Shown here piece after piece: positions 1 to 9,922 of a stretch of DNA of 64,000 bases (positions are counted from its first letter, which is position 1; the number at the start of each line of letters is the position of its first letter). A program made the position numbers and the translations under genes. Source of the DNA: Opitutia bacterium (lineage in GTDB: Bacteria > Verrucomicrobiota > Verrucomicrobiia > Opitutales > Opitutaceae); NCBI GenBank assembly GCA_947478395.1, contig CANJVR010000007.1, positions 1-64,000 on the forward strand, read 5' to 3'. The notes under the pieces were generated by a model. The model saw only the letters and a program-made list of their open reading frames with translations, had not been told where the DNA came from and did not search any database.

Positions 1-148
1 CGTCGAGTTGCCCGAACTGCCGTTTCCAACGATGGAATGTGACCTCGGAGATGTTATGCTCCTTGCTCACTTCCACGATGCTCTTGCCGCCGTCGGCCTC
101 CCGCAAAATGCGGATCTTCTGTTCCGTCGTGTGTCTTTTGCCTTTCAT
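1..148 (-). CDS. IS3-family transposase OrfA, N-terminal part (runs off the window edge)
   Basis: Manual translation from ATG at 148: MKGKRHTTEQKIRILREADGGKSIVEVSKEHNISEVTFHRWKRQFGQLD, a typical HTH of IS3-family OrfA. Confidence 0.85.
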   Translation of the reverse strand, partial: MKGKRHTTEQKIRILREADGGKSIVEVSKEHNISEVTFHRWKRQFGQLD

Positions 149-215
149 AATCTGGGTACCTTTTAGAGCCGCAGACTAACATTACAAGTGGCCCGGATTT
201 CGGGGGATCACCGCA
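1..215 (-). mobile_element. IS3-family insertion sequence, left end with terminal IR (~176-215)
   Basis: Minus strand begins TGCGGTGATCCCCCGAAATCCGGGCCACTTGTAATGTTAG (5'-TG end typical of IS3 family), 67 bp upstream of the OrfA start; the partner IR is outside the window. Confidence 0.75.
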
Positions 216-221
216 CACCCA

Positions 222-269
222 TGACTGTTAATCACTTGGTCGTAGGTTCGATCCCTACCCGGGCAGCCA
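222..269 (+). tRNA. 3' half of tRNA-Asn(GTT); fragment only, probable att site
   Basis: TGA-CTGTTAA-TCA anticodon arm, GTAGG-TTCGATC-CCTAC T-arm and 3' GCCA; no D-arm or 5' acceptor strand upstream, and only 3 bp of the anticodon stem pair. Confidence 0.85.
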
Positions 270-279
270 TATTTAAATG

Positions 280-313
280 AAGCACTTGCGTAATAAACGG
301 AGGTGCTTTTTTT
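280..313 (+). terminator. Possible terminator-like hairpin after the tRNA fragment
   Basis: AAGCAC...GTGCTT followed by a T run; the loop is large. Confidence 0.4.
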
Positions 314-543
314 ATTGCACCTAGTCGCTTACGTGTTGCCCAAGCGGGTACCCTGCGCCGGCAAACAGGCGGGAGAGAACCTTTTGGCCCCGACCACGGG
401 ACCAACCGGTCGATCATTTGCTTAGTTCGGCGGATACTTTGCCGGTTTATCGCATATTTCTTTTTTTCTGCAGGTAGATTCCAAGCATCAAGCTTGTTTT
501 CTGCGGTATGTTTCAGCCAATACTAGGCAACGAGCTTTTCCCC

Positions 544-3500
544 ATGAAACGCCAGCTGCTTTCCCTTGTTTTTATCCTAGCCGGATCGATACCGTTGAGC
601 GTCAGCACTCGGGCCCAGGAGCCGCGCCTCGCGAATCTATCCACCCTAGCGCACGTAGGTATTGAGGCGAACCAGTTGTTTACCGGCTTTGTCATTGGTG
701 CAGGAGCTAACAAAACGGTTCTCATCCGCGCCGTCGGCCCAACGTTGGCGGCGGCTCCCTTTAATATCGCCGGTACGCTCGCAGATCCCTACCTGACCCT
801 CTATAACGGGGCCAACGTGCAAATTGCCGCCAACGATAACTGGGGCACCCCACTCAACGGTGCGACCGCGGTGTCGGCGGTTTCCTTTAGTTCGGTTGGG
901 GCCTTCGCGTTAGCTTCCGCTACCTCGCGGGATGCGGCCATCATCGCCACGTTGCCACCCGGCAGCTACTCGGCCGCGGTCAGCGGGGTTGGCAACACCT
1001 CGGGACTGGCCATCATCGAGGTGTACGAGATCGGCGCCACGGCGGGATCGACTCGGCTGACGAATATTTCTTCTCGTGCCCAGGTGGGGGGCAACGTGGC
1101 GGTGATGATTCCTGGGATCGTGATCGCGCCCGGTTCGGGCACCCGGCGGCTTTTGATCCGGGCTGCGGGTCCCGCGCTGACCGCGCTGGGTGTTCCCGGC
1201 GCCTTAGCCGATCCCACGATCACTCTGACTAATCCCGCTGACACGGTTACCTATGGCTCCAACAACGACTGGGGCACGCCTATCGGCGCGACGGCCGCCT
1301 CGGCCGCGACGCTCTCGGCGGCGTTTGCGGGCTACACGGGTTTTCCTTTTCCGGCCGGCAGTAAAGACGCTGCGCTTTTGGTGGATCTTGGGCCGGGTTC
1401 GTACACGGTCAAAACCAGTGGCGCCGGCAACACGACCGGGGTCGCCGTAGTCGAGGTTTACGATCTCACGCCCGATACGCCGCCCACCGTCACGCTCGTC
1501 GCCTCCAAAGCGACCAGTGATGAATCTGGCACAAACCCGGGGGAATTCACGGTGACGCGTACGGGAGGTCTTATTTTTCCGCTGACGGTTAACTATTCGG
1601 TCGGGGGCTCCGCGATTAACGGCTACGACTATCCGTACCTCGCTGGCTCCGTCGTCATCGCGGCCGGCGCGAGTTCAGTCAAAATTCCGCTCTCGCCCAA
1701 TCCCGATGTGCAGGTCGAGGGCATCGACACGGTGGTGCTCACCCTGAGTAGTGGCGCGGGCTATACCGTGGGTTTGGCCAACTCGGCTACGGTCAGTATC
1801 GCCGATAGTCCGGCGACGCTTTACATCGCGGGGGTGCGTCCCACCGGCGCCGCGCTCAGTGGCACAACGGCTTCTGGCACGGCCTCGATTTTGCTAAGCG
1901 CTAGCGGCACCCTTGCAGCGGTCAACGTCAGCTTCTCTAATTTGAGTTCACCTATTACCAACGCCTACTTGGTCCTGGGTCCTAACGAAGATTTTATCTT
2001 TAGTCTCGGCACCGGGGGCCAGATTAGCGGCGCGCAATGGAGTTTCACGCCCACGGCTCAATACAGCACCGCCCAGCTGCTGGATGCCTTGAAGAGTGGA
2101 AAGATCTCGGTGCGCATCGGCACTTCAAGATACCCCACCGGCGAGGTGAAGGGGACCTTTATCCAAGGATCGGGCACGCGCGCCTTCGTCGCGCCGGATG
2201 CGCCTCCGGCGGTCTCGCTCACGAACGTCACGGCGGCCGAGGCCGCGCGCTTACTCACTCAAGCCACCTTTGGGCCCACCAAGGCGGAGATCGACGCCCT
2301 CACCGGCGGCAGTATCGACACTTGGATTACTGCGCAGATGGCCCTGCCGTTTACCTCGCACCGCACGGCCACTGTCGCCGACCGCAACACCTATGGTGGC
2401 TCGCAGAGCTTTAGTAATTGGAATGCGCTTCATCTGCCCAATCGTCAGTCGGCATGGTTTAAGACGGTCCTGACCGCGCCCGACCAACTTCGTCAGCGCG
2501 TGGCCTATGCGCTCAGTCAGATCCTAGTGGTTTCCGATATTTCTTTAGGGGAGGATTCCCACACCGAGCCGCTTGCTCTGTACTACGACATGTTGGGGAA
2601 TGCGGCCTTCGGCAATTTTCGGACGCTCTTGGAGAATGTGACGCTGAGCCCGATGATGGGCATGTACCTTAGTGCCTTGCGGAACGCCAAGGCCGACCCG
2701 GTCACCGGGCAGACGCCCGATGAGAACTTCGCGCGCGAGATCATGCAGCTATTCACGATTGGTCTCAGCGAACTCAACCCCGATGGTACGCTCATGCTGG
2801 ACGCCAACGGCCTGCCGGTGGCCACTTATGATCAGACGACGATCACCGAAATGGCCAAGGTCTTTACCGGTTGGTCCTACGCGGGGACCACCAATTTTCG
2901 CACAGGCGGTGGCTATGGGACGAGTTTGGTCACGCCCATGATCTTATTTCCGGCGTACCACGACGACACGGTAAAAAAACTCGCTCCGGTCACGGCGACG
3001 GCGATACCCGCCGCGCAAGGCGGGGTCAAAGATCTGCAACTCGCGCTCGATGCCCTCTGCAACCACGCGAACACACCGCCCTTCATTTCGAAGCTATTGA
3101 TCCAGCGCCTGGTGACCAGTAACCCCAGCCCCGGCTACGTGTACCGCGTTGCCCAGAAATTCATCAACAATGGCAGTGGCACGCGCGGCGATTTAGGCGC
3201 GGTGGTGCGGGCGATCCTGACGGACTATGAGGCGCGCTCGCCCTCGGTGGTGAATAACGTTACGTACGGGAAACTAAAAGAGCCGCTCCTCCGCCTCACC
3301 GGACTCATGCGGGGGTTTGGTGCTTCCTCCACCAGTGGTCGTTTGATGGGCTATTGGATTGGGGTGAACGGGATGCCGATCGATGGCAATACCCCTAAGC
3401 CCGCGACGGAAGCGTCGATCTCGACCAACTACACCGCGATTAGCATCTTCGGTACATTGGGTAGCATCGGTCAGGCGGCGCTGCGCTCGACAACGGTCTT

Positions 3501-3894
3501 CAATTTTTATCACCCCGACTATGTCTTGCCTGGCCCGCTCGCCGCCGCGGGCCTAGTCGCACCCGAGTTTGAGATCACCGATGACAACTTTGCGATCAAT
3601 GTGCCGAATTATTATCGTACGTTTGTAAATTCGACGACCGCGGGTGCGACTGCAGCCAACCAGCCCTACATTATTACGCTGAACACCACGTATGAACAGA
3701 GCTTGGTGACGACCCCAGGGGCGCTGGTCGATCACCTGAATTTGGTGCTGTGCTCAGGCTCCTTATCGAGCGCCGCGCGCACGCGTATCCTTTCTGCCCT
3801 GACCGCTCTGTCTTCGAGTACGACCATCGAGGACCGCGCTAAAACCGCGATTTTACTTGTTCAGACAAGTCCGGCGGCGGCGATCCAGAAGTAA
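544..3894 (+). CDS. Secreted DUF1800-family protein with two N-terminal Opitutales-type repeat domains, a Calx-beta-like and a CHRD-like domain
   Basis: Signal peptide MKRQLLSLVFILAG...RAQ; AARLLTQATFGP, DQLRQRVAYALSQILVVS, PDENFAREIMQLFTIGL, LIQRLVTSNPSPGY, GKLKEPLLR motifs; alternative start at 508. Confidence 0.85.
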   Translation: MKRQLLSLVFILAGSIPLSVSTRAQEPRLANLSTLAHVGIEANQLFTGFVIGAGANKTVLIRAVGPTLAAAPFNIAGTLADPYLTLYNGANVQIAANDNWGTPLNGATAVSAVSFSSVGAFALASATSRDAAIIATLPPGSYSAAVSGVGNTSGLAIIEVYEIGATAGSTRLTNISSRAQVGGNVAVMIPGIVIAPGSGTRRLLIRAAGPALTALGVPGALADPTITLTNPADTVTYGSNNDWGTPIGATAASAATLSAAFAGYTGFPFPAGSKDAALLVDLGPGSYTVKTSGAGNTTGVAVVEVYDLTPDTPPTVTLVASKATSDESGTNPGEFTVTRTGGLIFPLTVNYSVGGSAINGYDYPYLAGSVVIAAGASSVKIPLSPNPDVQVEGIDTVVLTLSSGAGYTVGLANSATVSIADSPATLYIAGVRPTGAALSGTTASGTASILLSASGTLAAVNVSFSNLSSPITNAYLVLGPNEDFIFSLGTGGQISGAQWSFTPTAQYSTAQLLDALKSGKISVRIGTSRYPTGEVKGTFIQGSGTRAFVAPDAPPAVSLTNVTAAEAARLLTQATFGPTKAEIDALTGGSIDTWITAQMALPFTSHRTATVADRNTYGGSQSFSNWNALHLPNRQSAWFKTVLTAPDQLRQRVAYALSQILVVSDISLGEDSHTEPLALYYDMLGNAAFGNFRTLLENVTLSPMMGMYLSALRNAKADPVTGQTPDENFAREIMQLFTIGLSELNPDGTLMLDANGLPVATYDQTTITEMAKVFTGWSYAGTTNFRTGGGYGTSLVTPMILFPAYHDDTVKKLAPVTATAIPAAQGGVKDLQLALDALCNHANTPPFISKLLIQRLVTSNPSPGYVYRVAQKFINNGSGTRGDLGAVVRAILTDYEARSPSVVNNVTYGKLKEPLLRLTGLMRGFGASSTSGRLMGYWIGVNGMPIDGNTPKPATEASISTNYTAISIFGTLGSIGQAALRSTTVFNFYHPDYVLPGPLAAAGLVAPEFEITDDNFAINVPNYYRTFVNSTTAGATAANQPYIITLNTTYEQSLVTTPGALVDHLNLVLCSGSLSSAARTRILSALTALSSSTTIEDRAKTAILLVQTSPAAAIQK

Positions 3895-3921
3895 ACGGCT
3901 GAGCGTTTTAACCGTTATCCC

Positions 3922-5364
3922 ATGAGTAAAAAATCTGCCCCCGAAGTGTCCCGTCGTGAATTCCTGGGAAGCGCGTCTTGCGCGGCGGTCGGCGCCACGG
4001 GCCTGCTTTCTACGCTCGGTAGCCTCCGGCTGATGGGCGCTGTGGCCAGCTCCAGCAACGGGCCCCAGGTGCCGACAATCGCCGGAGCCACCATTGGCTC
4101 CGATTACAAGGCGCTCGTATGCCTGTTTCTTAACGGGGGTAACGATGCGAATAATCTGATTATCCCGACCGGGTCAGGCTACGCCGGATACGCCTCTGCG
4201 CGCTCCAACCTTGCAATTCCGCAAGCGAGTCTGCGCGCCATCTCACCGAAAATCTCCGACGGGCGCACCTGGGGGCTACACCCCAGTGTGGGCGAACTTC
4301 AAGCGCTGTTTAACTCCGGTCAAGCGGCGTTCCTCGCCAACGCAGGCACGCTCGTCTATCCCACGACCAAGGCGCAATACAGCGCCAGTTCTATCCCTCT
4401 GCCGCCTCAGCTTTTTTCCCACAGCGACCAACAGGTGCAATGGCAGCACAGTGTCCCCGACAAACCCACCACCACGGGCTGGGGCGGCCGGATCGCCGAT
4501 CTGGTTAATGCCTTCAACTCGAGCGACCAGATTTCGATGTCGATTAGTGTCGCTGGGAAAAACACCTTTCAGGTCGGCAACCAAGTGAGCCAATACGCGA
4601 TTGGCACCGGCGGGGCCACCACGCTGGCGGGCAGCACCACTTCACTCACCCCGACCAATCTCGATGGCATCCGATTCCGCGCGCAGAAAGATATTTTTGC
4701 GCAGAGCCAGTCCGCTCTGTTTGAGACGGCCTTTGCCTCGGCCTCCGGCGATGCGATTGTGAGTTCGGATTTGCTGAACGCGGTCCTCGCCGCCTCGACT
4801 ACGCTTAAAACTATTTTCCCCAACACGAGTGTTGGTAACCAGCTAAAGATGGCCGCGCGGATGATCTCGGCCTCGCCTGCGCTCGGCCTCAAGCGCCAGA
4901 TCTTTTTTGTCCAGCTCGGAGGTTGGGATCTTCACGCCGGGCAATTGACGAGCACCGACGCAGCCGCCGGCGCCCACGCCGATTTGCTCGCCCAGGTGAG
5001 CCAAGCCGTGAACGCCTTCTACAACGCCACCGTCGAGCTGGGAGTTTCCAACCAAGTTACCGCTTTTTCTGCCTCTGATTTCGGCCGCACGCTCCGCTCC
5101 AATGGTGATGGGTCCGATCACGGCTGGGGTAGCCACCACTTCATGGTCGGCGGAGCCGTGAAAGGCGGTGAGATCTATGGCAAGATGCCTACGCTCGCCG
5201 TTAACGGTCCCGATGATACAGGCCTAGGCCGCTGGATCCCTACGACGAGCGTCGATGAATACGCGGCCACCCTAGCGACCTGGTTTGGCGTCAGTCCGAT
5301 CGATCTACCGAAGGTCCTGCCCAACATTGGCCGCTTCGCCAAACCCAACTTGGGCTTCCTCTAA
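3922..5364 (+). CDS. DUF1501-family protein with Tat signal
   Basis: SRREFLG twin-arginine motif; DYKALVCLFLNGGNDANN, LFSHSDQQ, GGWDLH, SDFGRTL..NGDGSDHGWG; canonical neighbour of DUF1800. Confidence 0.9.
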   Translation: MSKKSAPEVSRREFLGSASCAAVGATGLLSTLGSLRLMGAVASSSNGPQVPTIAGATIGSDYKALVCLFLNGGNDANNLIIPTGSGYAGYASARSNLAIPQASLRAISPKISDGRTWGLHPSVGELQALFNSGQAAFLANAGTLVYPTTKAQYSASSIPLPPQLFSHSDQQVQWQHSVPDKPTTTGWGGRIADLVNAFNSSDQISMSISVAGKNTFQVGNQVSQYAIGTGGATTLAGSTTSLTPTNLDGIRFRAQKDIFAQSQSALFETAFASASGDAIVSSDLLNAVLAASTTLKTIFPNTSVGNQLKMAARMISASPALGLKRQIFFVQLGGWDLHAGQLTSTDAAAGAHADLLAQVSQAVNAFYNATVELGVSNQVTAFSASDFGRTLRSNGDGSDHGWGSHHFMVGGAVKGGEIYGKMPTLAVNGPDDTGLGRWIPTTSVDEYAATLATWFGVSPIDLPKVLPNIGRFAKPNLGFL

Positions 5365-5381
5365 AAGCCGCTGCGCCCGTC

Positions 5382-5894
5382 GTGCTCCGCCGAAACGCCC
5401 TCTCGCTCGCGCTGCTGGCCGGGATTCTGGCGCTTATTTTCTGGTCTTTCTGGCCCTTAAAGCCGGAGTCCGTACCGCTCGCCACCGCTTCGGTCTCCGC
5501 TAGGGTTGCGCCCCCGGCCGCCCGCGTGGAACCCGCCCCGCTGCCGGTGGAGCGTTCGGCCTTGGCGGATGAACTTAATTCCTCGCGGGGTGATATTGCT
5601 GCGGATCTGCACGTGGTGCTCGAATTGATCAGCGCCTTCCGCACCAATTTTCCGCGCGCCGGCAATCCGGTGGGCAGCAACGCCGAGATCACCGCCGCGC
5701 TTAGCGGTCGCAACGCTCTGCACGTGGCTTTCATCGCGCCGGATCACGCGGCGATTAACCGCGACGGTGAATTGTGTGACCGTTGGGGTACGCCTTTTTT
5801 CTTTCACGCCGAAAGCGGCACGCGCATGAGTATCCAGAGTGCCGGGCCGGATAAAAAGATGCACACCGCCGACGACAGCATGCTGGCGCCTTAG
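5382..5894 (+). CDS. Membrane-anchored protein with GspG/pseudopilin-like C-terminal motif
   Basis: N-terminal TM helix; DRWGTPF...SAGPDKKMHTADD resembles the T2SS GspG C-terminus; 17 bp after the DUF1501 stop. Confidence 0.6.
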   Translation: MLRRNALSLALLAGILALIFWSFWPLKPESVPLATASVSARVAPPAARVEPAPLPVERSALADELNSSRGDIAADLHVVLELISAFRTNFPRAGNPVGSNAEITAALSGRNALHVAFIAPDHAAINRDGELCDRWGTPFFFHAESGTRMSIQSAGPDKKMHTADDSMLAP

Positions 5895-6105
5895 TCACAG
5901 CCTGCGGTGTGGGGCGGGGCACTAGGTGCCCGGGCCGCCCGGTGCCGCCGACTAAACTGAAAGCAAAGAGGCGTTGCAGTCGGAAACGCCCGGCCCACCG
6001 GGTTAAGCTGACACAGCCCCGGCGCCCGGGAGCCTTATTCAATGGGAACGCCCCAAATTCGGATATCGATGGGGGATCACCGGCACGGGGCTACAAACTC
6101 GGCCG

Positions 6106-6137
6106 AAAAAAATCCCCGGCACAGGCCCGGGGATTTT
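6106..6137 (-). terminator. Intrinsic terminator (possibly bidirectional)
   Basis: AAAATCCCCGG...CCGGGGATTTT stem with A7 on the left, just downstream of the TonB receptor stop. Confidence 0.8.
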
Positions 6138-6169
6138 GAGAAGACGCGAGATGCCGGGAAGCAGCGGTC

Positions 6170-9100
6170 CTACAGGTCGAACGTCGTCGTGAAGATAAAT
6201 GTGCGAGGATCGATCACGCGGAAGGTGTGTGGCTGGCCGTTGGGATAGGCGCCGACCCCCTGCAGGTGGGCTTTGGACTCTTGGATATTTTTCACGTTGA
6301 GCTGGAAGCGGGCGCGAATCTTGTCGCGGAAAAGCCGGGTCGTGTAGGTCGCGAAGCCGTCGAAATACGCGTGCGACTTGTCCCAGATCGGGCGATTGGG
6401 ATCGAGCTCGGTCGCCTGGGTGATGTCGCCGTTGACGGGGACGCCGTAATAGCCGATGGCGCCCTTGTCCTCCCACCGCACCGCGCCACCGACACTCATC
6501 CGCTTCAAGTGTACATTCTCGAACATTCCCGCCAAGCGGTAGCTTGTATTCAGGTTGAAGTGCCACTCGCGGACTTGGGGGCGGGACTTGCCTTCAGTGA
6601 CCTGGGCGAGACGCAGCGGGTTGATCACGTTGCCAGTCAGGAAGGCGCGCGGCGTGCCGGAGCCCGCCTGGGGCACGTCGCCGTTGTAGCCCGTGTCGAG
6701 CCACTTGGTGCCCGTGCGCGGGTCGATGATTGTCTCCCAAGTCGGCAGGCGAAACGCGAGCCACTCGGGAATATTCGGGGAGAGATTGGCATCCATCGAC
6801 ACGGAGCGCGTGAGATTCGCGCGCAGGGTCAAGTTGTTGGTCGGGTTGAAGCTCAACTCGTATTCGTTACCCTGCGCCTTCACGTCGGAGGTCTCGGTGA
6901 CGGTGATGCCGTTCGCGGTGAGCGCGGTGAAATATCCTTCTGGCAGTTTCATAACGTTGGCCACCGCGGTGGTGATCTGGGCCGCCGTCAGCGTACCATC
7001 GGGATTCAGCCAGGCTCTCGCCTGCCGTTCCAGCGAGATGGCATCGGAGTTACCGCCGAAATTCTGGAAGTCCATGCGCCCGGCGCGCGTCGCGAGCACG
7101 GCGCTCTGGCCGGCGCGCGAATTGATTTGGCTGGTTTCATACTTGTTCGCGCGCAGGACAAACTTGTTTCCGAGGTTGATCGTGATCCCGTAGTCTTTGC
7201 CGACCGATGAGGGATTAGGGAGGTCCTTCAACGTGATGCTGATTGCCGGGGTCTCGGGCCGGAAGCTGTCGGACTTGTTGTAGTAACCGGTCAAACCGCT
7301 GAGCAATTCGCCGAACCAACGCCGGGCTCCGCTCGAGGAGCGCTGGCGCTCGACAAAGCTCCAACCCCGGAAAGGCTTCACCACGACGCCGGAAGTGTTG
7401 GTCTTGCCCGAGCGCAGCGCCCAATCGCCGCGCCAGCCGTTCATCAACGCTTCGTCGTAGTGCCAGCCGTCGGCCGTAAGCCGCGTGGGCGCGCCGTTCT
7501 TGTCGCGGTTTTCGTCCTCGCGCTTGCCGAACGTGAAAACGGCCCGGTCCTGAAACAGGTTGCTCTGGAGCATGGCGCCCTTGGTCTTGATCAGGTTCAG
7601 TCGGGAGCTGGTGCCCTCGCTGACCGCCGAATGGTCGAGGATGGCGGGGTCCGCGACCCAAGTGCCCGCGCCGCCATTGGCGAGCGGGTCGAACCAATTA
7701 AACGTATACCTGCCCAGGTTATACTGACTCGCGCCGTAATCCACGTTCTGGCCCTGATTGTCGCCCACGTAGAAGTGGTAGTAGGGGCGGGTCGAGATGG
7801 GCGCGACTGTGCCGCTTTGATTGGCCTTTGGCTGCCCGGCCGGCGCATAAATCGGGTTGTCCAGTACGTTCACGTCGCGGAAACGGCGCGTGAACGACTT
7901 TGTCTTGCGCTCTTCATAATAGCCGAGGACTTGCTGGCGCCCGATCCATTTGGTCCAGCCCGTGTCGTTGGAAAAATCGAGGATGTAGGCGCCCTGCCCA
8001 CGATAGCCGTCACGCTGGCTGGGATTCTCGCTGGTGGGCGGTTCGCCGGCGCCGATGTAGGGGCGCCCAAAATAGGGATTCGTCCGACCGTCCAGCAGTT
8101 TGAGGTTGGGGTCGATGTAAAGGTAGTAGCTCGCGCTGGTCGCGGACGCCTGGCCGATGATGTTGCGCGCGGTGCGATCGGCGTCTTCCCGCTGCCAGGC
8201 GAACTGCACCGCCAGGCGATTGTGCTCCGTGTTGAGCAGAAATTGTTCGAGTTCCACGGTCGAGGTTGCGACCACGTCCTTGATGGTGTTGTTGCCGCCG
8301 AGATTAATACTCGAATAATCGTAGACCGACTTGCTCGAAACGCCGGCGAGCGTGGAAAAGAGGGGCCGCCCCGTGCGCACCGGTTCCGCGATCGACTCAA
8401 GCATGCGGTCGTTGCCGGCGGTGTTGTTGGGTCCGTTCGTCGCGGTCGCGGCCGGCTTGCGACCGATCTGCCAGAGCTGGATGCCGTTGTCGACATAGAG
8501 GATCGGCTGGGCGAAGTTCTGGTTGCCGAGGCCGGCGGGATTGGTCGCGCCCAGCACGGTGGTGACGCCATTGACCGTCACGGAGCTGGCAATGGGATCC
8601 CACGCGGGGCTGCCCAGGGTTTTCCAATACGTGACGGCATCGCGCGGGGTGACGGCATTCGCGCGGGTGCCGACGCCGCTGTAGGAACTGAAGGCCGCGC
8701 GGAGACTGGTGCTTTGAAACGGCTGAAATCGGAGCATGGCGTTGAGCCGGCGGTTTTCGAAGCCGGACGGCTTCTGCCGATACTCGTCGTGCTGGTAGAC
8801 CGCGCTAACTCGGAGGGCGAGTTTGCTGCGGAATATGGGCCGATTGAGGTCGAGCGACGTGCGCCAGCCGCCGATGTCATCGAAGCGAAATTCTGCGCTC
8901 GTGGTTTCGCGCGAGACGTTCGCTGTAGACGCGACTAGATTGACTGTGCCGGAACCTTCGCCGAGGCCGAAGATGCTCGAATTGGGCCCGCGGCTGATTT
9001 CGACGGCGTCGATGTTGCTGGGGTCGATCGGGACGCGACCAGAGGTGGCGAAGCCGCTGAGCGAGATGTTGGCGGCCCCCATGCCGCGAATGCGATTTGC

Positions 9101-9631
9101 GCCCTGGGGGTTGTTTTGGATTTGGTCGGTGACCATGCCGTTGCGATCCACGTCGAACGCCGTGTAATTGCCCGTGCCCTCGGTGTTGGATTCGTAGGCG
9201 AAGATGTCGTTGATATCGAGCATCGCGAAGTCCTGCATCTGCGCCTTGGTGACGACGGAAATTGACGAGGCGATGTCCTCGAGCTTCGTGTTTAGCCGTG
9301 TGCCCGACATCGTGCTGGTGGCGTAGTAGCCAGTGTTGACTTCCTTCACCTCGAACGGCGAAAGCTGCACGGTGTCCTCACCGGTTTTCGGCCCGGCGGC
9401 CGTTGCGACCGCTGCGCTGGCGATTTTCGCCTCGTCCGCCCGCAGCGTGGCGACTTCGTCGGGATCGAGTTTACCATTTTTATTCTTGTCGTATCTCGCC
9501 AGATCGCGGGCCGCCTGGGTGGCGTCGGGCGAGGCATTGGTCAACTCGGCACGAAGTGAGATGGCTGCGGTCAGGGCGGACAACTGCAGCAGCACGAACA
9601 CGGTCTTGGAGACATGGGGGTATAGGTTCAT
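6170..9631 (-). CDS. TonB-dependent receptor (Opitutales type) with N-terminal EF-hand-like loop
   Basis: Start MNLYPHV with signal peptide; TVQLSPFEV, GYYATSTMSGTRLNT, plug motif NIDAVEISRGPNSSIFGLG; C-terminal PRTFIFTTTFDL. Confidence 0.9.
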   Translation of the reverse strand: MNLYPHVSKTVFVLLQLSALTAAISLRAELTNASPDATQAARDLARYDKNKNGKLDPDEVATLRADEAKIASAAVATAAGPKTGEDTVQLSPFEVKEVNTGYYATSTMSGTRLNTKLEDIASSISVVTKAQMQDFAMLDINDIFAYESNTEGTGNYTAFDVDRNGMVTDQIQNNPQGANRIRGMGAANISLSGFATSGRVPIDPSNIDAVEISRGPNSSIFGLGEGSGTVNLVASTANVSRETTSAEFRFDDIGGWRTSLDLNRPIFRSKLALRVSAVYQHDEYRQKPSGFENRRLNAMLRFQPFQSTSLRAAFSSYSGVGTRANAVTPRDAVTYWKTLGSPAWDPIASSVTVNGVTTVLGATNPAGLGNQNFAQPILYVDNGIQLWQIGRKPAATATNGPNNTAGNDRMLESIAEPVRTGRPLFSTLAGVSSKSVYDYSSINLGGNNTIKDVVATSTVELEQFLLNTEHNRLAVQFAWQREDADRTARNIIGQASATSASYYLYIDPNLKLLDGRTNPYFGRPYIGAGEPPTSENPSQRDGYRGQGAYILDFSNDTGWTKWIGRQQVLGYYEERKTKSFTRRFRDVNVLDNPIYAPAGQPKANQSGTVAPISTRPYYHFYVGDNQGQNVDYGASQYNLGRYTFNWFDPLANGGAGTWVADPAILDHSAVSEGTSSRLNLIKTKGAMLQSNLFQDRAVFTFGKREDENRDKNGAPTRLTADGWHYDEALMNGWRGDWALRSGKTNTSGVVVKPFRGWSFVERQRSSSGARRWFGELLSGLTGYYNKSDSFRPETPAISITLKDLPNPSSVGKDYGITINLGNKFVLRANKYETSQINSRAGQSAVLATRAGRMDFQNFGGNSDAISLERQARAWLNPDGTLTAAQITTAVANVMKLPEGYFTALTANGITVTETSDVKAQGNEYELSFNPTNNLTLRANLTRSVSMDANLSPNIPEWLAFRLPTWETIIDPRTGTKWLDTGYNGDVPQAGSGTPRAFLTGNVINPLRLAQVTEGKSRPQVREWHFNLNTSYRLAGMFENVHLKRMSVGGAVRWEDKGAIGYYGVPVNGDITQATELDPNRPIWDKSHAYFDGFATYTTRLFRDKIRARFQLNVKNIQESKAHLQGVGAYPNGQPHTFRVIDPRTFIFTTTFDL

Positions 9632-9732
9632 GGGAATGACTCTTGGGTTTGATCGGTTAGCAAAAAGAACGGCATGAGGTCGCTGCCAAAGGGCACACCC
9701 GTCGTTAGTGCGGCAGGCGGCAGGAGGAGGGG

Positions 9733-9920
9733 CAAAGGGGTCGGGTCTGGGGTGAGACGACGACCAACGTGGGGAAGGCAAAATACAAGACACGCGCTTT
9801 TCTGTCCCGCAACTATATTCACGGGCCCGCCGACGCAACCCTTCACGCGCACCGACCTTTCGTGGCCGAACCATCTGCACGCCGGAGTTGCACGGCGCAT
9901 AGTAAAACCCGACCCCTTTG
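9733..9920. repeat. Segment bounded by a 14-bp perfect inverted repeat CAAAGGGGTCGGGT / ACCCGACCCCTTTG
   Basis: IR arms at 9733-9746 and 9907-9920; the GGGGTC core is shared with the adjacent 190-bp unit. Confidence 0.7.
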
Positions 9921-9922
9921 GG

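Noticed and set aside
195..269. Intact tRNA-Asn gene
   Set aside because: No D-arm or 5' acceptor strand; the upstream bases belong to the IS end
6227..8938. Long + strand ORFs (6227-7210, 7460-8938)
   Set aside because: Antisense shadows of the TonB receptor gene, common in high-GC DNA; the same applies to similar shadows across the window
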